Origin: a bacterium
GTDB lineage: Bacteria; Planctomycetota; Phycisphaerae; UBA1845
Direction of reading: 5' to 3'
Length of the DNA stretch: 24,000 bases
Assembly: GCA_024231775.1 (NCBI GenBank)
Contig: JAAEQG010000450.1
Span: forward strand, 4,273 to 28,272
Of this stretch, positions 19,775 to 24,000 are shown one piece after another. Both the position numbers and the translations under genes were made by a program. The notes beneath the pieces are model-generated. The model was not told the DNA's origin, did no database searches, and saw nothing but the letters and a program-made list of their open reading frames with translations. Each line of letters opens with the position of its first letter. Position 1 is the first letter of the stretch.

Positions 19775-20395
19775 GTGATAAGCCTGCAAACTTACCTCAT
19801 GTGGCTGCGGGGCCTGGATACGCTAGCCGGTCTTCCCATTATCCTCATCGGTCTGGCGGTCATGCTCGGCGGATGGCGGATGGGCCGTGTCTGCGTGATC
19901 CTCTCCTGCGCGGCGATTGGCGCGGGCGTTGGCTGGCATGTGGCGCACGTGTCCAGCAGTCCGTGGCTGGCATTGGCTCTGGGTGGTGGCTTGGTCACTG
20001 GGGTGCTGGGGTTCCTGTTGCGCGCCTACGCGGCGCCGGTGCTCGGTGGTGCGATCGGGGCTGCGGTCGTGATGCAGCTCCTGATCCCGTTTCGCCTCGA
20101 TGGATGGCCCTGGTGGATCTCCTTCGTCTTAGCCTTTGCCTGCGCAGGGGCCTTGTGCATGACTAATCTCCGCCTGGTGGTAATCATCATCACCTCACTC
20201 GAAGGCGCGCTGCTCCTGGTGTCCGGGCTGGTTCCGATCATGACCATGTGGCCTGGGCTCCTACGCTTCTTCGAGAGCACCAACAGAGTGAGCTGGATAT
20301 TCTTCCCGTTCATGGTGCTGGTCCCGGCGATCGTGGGCTACTTCCTCCAAGTCGCCGATTCAAGGCGTCATCCTTCCGGATCAGCCAGGGCCTGA
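19775..20395 (+). CDS. Glycine-rich polytopic membrane protein, apparent paralog of the preceding gene
   Basis: About 6 hydrophobic helices. LPIILIGLAVMLGGWRMGRVCVILSCAAIGAGVG parallels the LP-x5-G...G-x-(K/R)-x-x-R...G-x3-G pattern of 18835..19665. GTG 19775 or ATG 19799 as start. Confidence 0.55.
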   Translation: MISLQTYLMWLRGLDTLAGLPIILIGLAVMLGGWRMGRVCVILSCAAIGAGVGWHVAHVSSSPWLALALGGGLVTGVLGFLLRAYAAPVLGGAIGAAVVMQLLIPFRLDGWPWWISFVLAFACAGALCMTNLRLVVIIITSLEGALLLVSGLVPIMTMWPGLLRFFESTNRVSWIFFPFMVLVPAIVGYFLQVADSRRHPSGSARA

Positions 20396-20448
20396 ACGGA
20401 ACAGCCCAGGCTCCCCTCAGTGCATGGCGAGGAGCAATGGGATAGGCT

Positions 20449-20988
20449 CTACTCAATGGTACTGAGCGACTCCATTATGCGCGTGCTCATGTTCTGATAA
20501 GCGATGATCCCCACCACCCCCAAGATGTCCTCATCCGAGAAACCGCCGCTTCTAAGTTCCTGAATATCGACAGGACTGCACGCATCCGGAGACCGAGTCA
20601 CCTTGACAGCCAGGTCTGCAATCAGTCTCTCACGAACGCTCAGCTCCGCTTTGGTATAGTCTTCCGCTACCTGTGTAGCCAGTTCCTTATTCTTCGCCGC
20701 TCGACCGAGGGCTTCAAGGTGGCTAGCCGTTCAGTGTACGCATCCAACAAAGGAGGATGTCACCAACGCAGCGACCTCCTTCTCCCGCGCGCTCAAGCCG
20801 GACGCATTGCGATACACCGCCGAGCATAGACTGTCTATGCACTTCGCAACCTCCGGGGACAGGCTCGTGATTCGCGTGAGGTCAGATACCTCCCCAGTCA
20901 ATGCATTGCGCGTCTCATTATATAGCTGCTTTACTTCTTCATTCGAAGTGTCATCCTCGTCGATCCCTATCCACGGTACCCAACCCAT
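20449..20988 (-). CDS. AhpD/carboxymuconolactone decarboxylase-family peroxidase-related protein with in-frame UGA (candidate selenocysteine at residue 86)
   Basis: Track ORF 20731..21000 ends ...SAREKEVAALVTSSFVGCVH at TGA 20733..20731. My hand translation in the same frame continues for 93 codons (TASHLEALGRAAKNKELATQVAEDYTKAELSVRERLIADLAVKVTRSPDACSPVDIQELRSGGFSDEDILGVVGIIAYQNMSTRIMESLSTIE) to TAG 20451..20449. The family motif C-x-x-C-x-x-x-H reads C-V-H-[TGA]-T-A-S-H here. ATG 20988 has GGAGA 5 nt upstream; the track start, TTG 21000, is less likely. Confidence 0.7.
20676..20725 (-). promoter_or_regulatory. SECIS-like stem-loop immediately 3' of the in-frame UGA
   Basis: In the mRNA, counting from the first nt after UGA: apical stem +19..+24 / +29..+35 (GCCCUC/GAG(C)GGC, one bulged C) closing a GGUC tetraloop at +25..+28. 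Lower helices CCUU/AAGG (+12..15 / +43..46) and UAGCC/GGCUA (+6..10 / +51..55). Folded by eye only. Confidence 0.4.
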
Positions 20989-21103
20989 ATCATTCTCCAA
21001 TCACGAAACTGTACGGTAACACATACTCTACGCGAGAATCCAGTATACCCCATCGACTCATGCTGAAGCTCGACCGTACCGCGGCTGGCCAGAAGCAGTG
21101 TAG

Positions 21104-21124
21104 CGCCACCCCTTGTGGGTGGCG
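21104..21124. other. GC-rich hairpin between the zinc-ribbon gene and the selenoprotein-candidate gene
   Basis: cgccaccc cttgt gggtggcg: a perfect 8-bp stem with a 5-nt loop, 114 nt downstream of the zinc-ribbon gene stop on the minus strand. No U-tract. Possible terminator or processing site. Confidence 0.3.
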
Positions 21125-21237
21125 AGAAGTCCATCAGAGACCAAAGCGCGAGTGCGGGCTCAGCCCCAGCCGCGCCGCGTGCGATCCGTCCAAGCCCCAA
21201 GGGGGTGATGGAAGGGTTCGCTCCCTCTCCGAAGAAC

Positions 21238-21648
21238 TTACGGTTCACCCGCCGTTCGGCTCGCCACACACTGTTCGCAGCGCGCGTGGCGCCGCCCGTC
21301 CGGCTCCACGCGCATGAAAGGCTGACCGCAATCCGGACAGTCCGCCGCCACCCCCGCCGCCGCTCTCCCACATTCCGGGCAGGGGACTCGCCCATGGGCA
21401 CGCGGCTCTCCCTCCTCGGACGCGCTCTCCGCGCGGTGGGTCATCATCAACCTGGCCCGCTCCCGCGGCGTCGCGCTAAAGACATGTCCGCACGCGCCGC
21501 AGATGAACATCTGCGCTGATTCGCGCGTATCTGGCATTCCCGCCAGAGGGGCATCCGCGCCCTGGACTAGGTGATAGGCGCCCACCGCCGCTGCCGCGAC
21601 GATCACCATTCCGAAGACGACCTGCCTGGCTCGGGATCCTTCGCTCAT
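21238..21648 (-). CDS. Membrane-anchored double zinc-ribbon protein, unknown function
   Basis: From ATG 21648: MSEGSRARQVVFGMVIVAAAAVGAYHLV (signal anchor), then four CxxC pairs: CGAC...CPEC and CPDC...CEQC. Third-codon positions are strongly G/C, consistent with real coding. The track ORF extends to 21774, which would overlap the upstream gene. Confidence 0.55.
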   Translation of the reverse strand: MSEGSRARQVVFGMVIVAAAAVGAYHLVQGADAPLAGMPDTRESAQMFICGACGHVFSATPRERARLMMTHRAESASEEGEPRAHGRVPCPECGRAAAGVAADCPDCGQPFMRVEPDGRRHARCEQCVASRTAGEP

Positions 21649-21731
21649 CTTCCTGACTACCGTACCCCTGGTGGCAGAGTACCACTGCCGCTTACCCGAC
21701 CCCGCGGTTCGCCCAACCCGCGGAACAGTCG

Positions 21732-22667
21732 TCAAGGAATACTCCACTCCATATCCTCGGCAAGAACCGTCCACTCCGACCCGGACATCCGTCGGGTGTC
21801 AGCCGCCACATTAGCAACGTGGCCGTCGAGAAACGCCAGATTATGCTGGGAGAACTGGCGATGAAAACCCATCTCCTGAATACCCCGGAAGACTGCGTAG
21901 TCGAACGGGTCCTCATCAATAGTAACGTATCGGGACGGGAAGCGTTGCAGGGCCATCGCCCAAATCCGCTGCATCTGGCGGCTACGGCAGGGCCACACCG
22001 TCGGCGGCCCAGAGGTGCAGGACTCGACCGGCTCGACCCCACATACTCCCAGGGTCTGCTCCGCCGTCCCGTCACCATCGTAATCGACGCCCTCTACCAG
22101 ACGGGTCTGATACCACCCGAAGGAGTTCATCTGATAGCTGGTCCCCACGTCGTCGTAGGCTGAGTACGTGTCATCGGCGCTGGCCACCCACCACCGCCAT
22201 TGCGTGGAAACAGTGTCGGACGGACACCTGAACACCGGCTGACCGGTGACCTCCTCGAGGTCCTTCGCTCCCGGACCGGTCTGGACCGGCGCCGCCACTT
22301 CGTTCTTGTTCATGTACACCGTCAGTGGACGACGGTTAGCCGGTATCTGCCGATAGCCGCCCAGGGCGGTCCTCCAAAACGGATTCTTCCCCAGCCATCC
22401 GCCGTAGCTCCACGAGCAATACCCACGCGGGCACCCTTCGTCAGTGGTCAGCACGACGATCGGGAACGCGTCAAACTCCGCCGCGTAGGTGAGCAACGCG
22501 GTATTGATCGACCGCATGTTTGTCTGGCACTTAACCTGCTTGGCCTGCTCGCGGGCCTTGCTGAGCGAGGGGAGTAGGAGCGAGACCAGAAGTCCGATGA
22601 TCGAAACAACCACCAGCAGCTCGACCAGAGTAAACCCCTGCGCGGATCGTGTTGAAGACCTCACCAC
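21732..22667 (-). CDS. Prepilin-type N-terminal cleavage/methylation domain protein (DUF1559-like pseudopilin family)
   Basis: SAQG|FTLVELLVVVSIIGLLVSLLLPSL is the class III signal / N-methylation motif. The C-terminal NLAFLDGHV resembles the DUF1559/H-X9-DG-type ending. GTG 22667 gives an 11-residue leader. The track start (22769) adds a 34-aa extension that runs through a hairpin repeat. Confidence 0.8.
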   Translation of the reverse strand: MVRSSTRSAQGFTLVELLVVVSIIGLLVSLLLPSLSKAREQAKQVKCQTNMRSINTALLTYAAEFDAFPIVVLTTDEGCPRGYCSWSYGGWLGKNPFWRTALGGYRQIPANRRPLTVYMNKNEVAAPVQTGPGAKDLEEVTGQPVFRCPSDTVSTQWRWWVASADDTYSAYDDVGTSYQMNSFGWYQTRLVEGVDYDGDGTAEQTLGVCGVEPVESCTSGPPTVWPCRSRQMQRIWAMALQRFPSRYVTIDEDPFDYAVFRGIQEMGFHRQFSQHNLAFLDGHVANVAADTRRMSGSEWTVLAEDMEWSIP

Positions 22668-22713
22668 CCGCTCGGCCCTGTGTACGCAAACAGGCCCCCA
22701 GGACCCGATGACT

Positions 22714-22734
22714 CCCCTCCTTCCTGGGGAGGGG
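22714..22734. repeat. G/C hairpin cccctcc ttcctgg ggagggg
   Basis: 7-bp perfect stem upstream of the pseudopilin-like gene. This is why the extended ORF reads PSPNPSPGRRG. Confidence 0.6.
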
Positions 22735-22810
22735 TTGGGGGAGGGTAGTTTCTCCGGGCGCTCACGCATATGGAGCTCTCTGCCATCCTGTCCTGGTATC
22801 AGCTCTGGAA

Positions 22811-22870
22811 CCTATCCCAAACCCCTGTGGCACCGGCTTCCAACCGGTGTTTGACCGGTTCTGGGATAGG
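22811..22870. repeat. Nested stem-loop element containing hairpin repeat copy B (22826..22855)
   Basis: Outer 9-bp perfect inverted repeat cctatccca (22811..22819) / tgggatagg (22862..22870). Then aacc/ggtt. Inner hairpin caccgg cttccaa ccggtg (22831..22849). Three ACCGGT-type cores. Confidence 0.65.
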
Positions 22871-23064
22871 CACCAGTTTCACCATCCCATGCCCACGGAC
22901 AATGATACACTGTCGTGGATCGCCATCACAGAACTGTACGCAACATCGCGCCAGAGAGTCAACGATGCTCGCCGCAAAGGACGGAGAGTTCCTCCGGCAC
23001 ACGCCCATCCACGCGTAGCCGATCATGGGCTGGGCTAACCGTGTCCAGCCGCTATACTCCGCCC

Positions 23065-24000
23065 ATGGCTAAGGGATCACGGAAAGTCATCTACGCTGCG
23101 CTAGCCGGGAACGCGGGGATCGCGGTGACCAAGTTCATCGCCTCCACCGTGACCGGATCGAGCGCGATGCTCTCCGAGGCGATCCACTCCGTCGTTGACA
23201 CCGGAAACCAGTTGCTCTTGCTTTGGGGCATGAAGAGGGCAAGTCGACCGGCCGACGAGCGCTTCCCGCTCGGCCACGGCAAGGAGGTATACTTCTGGTC
23301 CTTTGTGGTGGCGATTCTCATCTTCGCGGTCGGGGCCGGCGTGTCGCTCTACGAGGGGGTCAAGCATGTGCTCCACCCGAATCCAGTCGAAAACGTTGGG
23401 GTCAGCTACGTTGTATTAGCCATCGCCGTTGTCTTCGAGGGAGCTGCGTGGTGGTTTGCCCTTCGTGGTTTCCGGGCGGCGAAGGGCGCGCGGGGCTACT
23501 TCGAAGCTGTGCGCGCAGGCAAGGACCCGACCCTGTTCGTAGTTCTGCTCGAAGACTCCGCCGCGTTGCTGGGCCTGCTGGTGGCCTTCTGCGGGATCGG
23601 CCTTGGCCAACTGACCGGGAACCCCTACTTCGACGGCGGAGCGTCGATCATCATCGGGTTGATCCTCGCGGCGGTCGCATGCCTGCTGGCCTGGGAGACC
23701 AAGGGACTGCTCATCGGCGAAGCCGCCGACCCCGCAGCCCAGCACCGCATCCGCGAGATCATCTCGGCCCATGCGGGTGTAAAGCAAGTTAACGAACTGA
23801 TTACGATGCACATGGGGCCGCAGAGCATCCTGGTGAACATCAGCCTGGACTTTACGGACGAACTGTCGAGCGCTGCGTTAGAGGAGGCGGTGGCCGAACT
23901 CAACGGTAGGATCAAGCAGGCTGTTCCCGACGTCCACCGCGTATTCATCGAAGCGGAATCATGGACTGCCCATCGTGCCCAGCGCCAACAACAGCCCTAA
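23065..24000 (+). CDS. Cation diffusion facilitator (CDF) family divalent-metal efflux transporter
   Basis: MAKGSRKVIYAALAGNAGIAVTKFIASTVTGSSAMLSEAIHSVVDTGNQ (the HSxxD metal-site motif in TM2), six TM segments, and a C-terminal cytoplasmic domain (VNELITMHMGPQSILVNISLDF). The track ORF start at 22915 adds 50 non-conserved residues. TATACT at 23053..23058 sits 6 nt before the ATG, so the mRNA may be leaderless or have a very short leader. Confidence 0.9.
   Translation: MAKGSRKVIYAALAGNAGIAVTKFIASTVTGSSAMLSEAIHSVVDTGNQLLLLWGMKRASRPADERFPLGHGKEVYFWSFVVAILIFAVGAGVSLYEGVKHVLHPNPVENVGVSYVVLAIAVVFEGAAWWFALRGFRAAKGARGYFEAVRAGKDPTLFVVLLEDSAALLGLLVAFCGIGLGQLTGNPYFDGGASIIIGLILAAVACLLAWETKGLLIGEAADPAAQHRIREIISAHAGVKQVNELITMHMGPQSILVNISLDFTDELSSAALEEAVAELNGRIKQAVPDVHRVFIEAESWTAHRAQRQQQP

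Noticed and set aside
20731-20733. The TGA in the AhpD/CMD gene as a plain nonsense mutation (pseudogene) or sequencing error
   Set aside because: I consider this less likely. The stop falls exactly on the redox Cys codon, the downstream 93 codons stay open and family-like, and a SECIS-like hairpin follows. It cannot be excluded without the Sec-machinery genes or orthologs.
22668-22769. 34-aa N-terminal extension of the pseudopilin-like ORF (MRERPEKLPSPNPSPGRRG...)
   Set aside because: A 45-residue prepilin leader would be atypical. The extension translates the cccctcc/ggagggg hairpin. GTG 22667 gives a normal short leader ending in G|FTLVELL.
22915-23064. 50-aa N-terminal extension of the CDF transporter ORF, and the 75-aa minus-strand ORF 22799..23026
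   Set aside because: The conserved CDF sequence begins at MAKGSRKV (ATG 23065). The upstream residues are R/S/T-rich with no TM or family features. The minus-strand ORF translates the hairpin element (RLEAGATG).

Overview
This is a high-GC bacterial chromosome segment centred on the replication-initiation locus, joined directly to a peptidoglycan/division (dcw) cluster. Left to right: (1) the 5' part of a topoisomerase VI subunit B gene on the minus strand, cut by the window edge and so missing from the ORF track; (2) dnaA; (3) an AT-rich dnaA-dnaN spacer, a candidate oriC; (4) dnaN; (5) a DUF721/DciA-like gene; (6) gyrB; (7) murE-murF-mraY-ftsW-murG-murC-murB; (8) a 640-bp non-coding island full of tandem repeats and GC-rich hairpins; (9) ddl and an ftsQ-like POTRA gene. 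The cluster has no mraZ/rsmH/ftsL/ftsI upstream, no murD between mraY and ftsW, and no ftsA/ftsZ after ftsQ. That last position holds two apparently paralogous glycine-rich polytopic membrane proteins. The right-hand part carries three minus-strand genes and one plus-strand gene. The first is an AhpD/carboxymuconolactone-decarboxylase-family gene in which the codon for the second Cys of the CxxC motif is an in-frame TGA followed by a SECIS-like stem-loop. This is a candidate selenoprotein that the ORF track truncates. The others are a membrane-anchored double zinc-ribbon protein, a prepilin-type N-terminal (DUF1559-like) protein, and a plus-strand cation diffusion facilitator. Short hairpin repeat families recur in intergenic DNA, and their copies differ by compensatory stem changes. 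A Planctomycetota/PVC-type origin is an inference from the DUF1559-like gene, the hairpin repeats and the ftsZ-less dcw end. Many long ORFs in the track are antisense or off-frame shadows typical of GC-rich DNA. I saw no rRNA, tRNA, CRISPR array, transposase or integrase.
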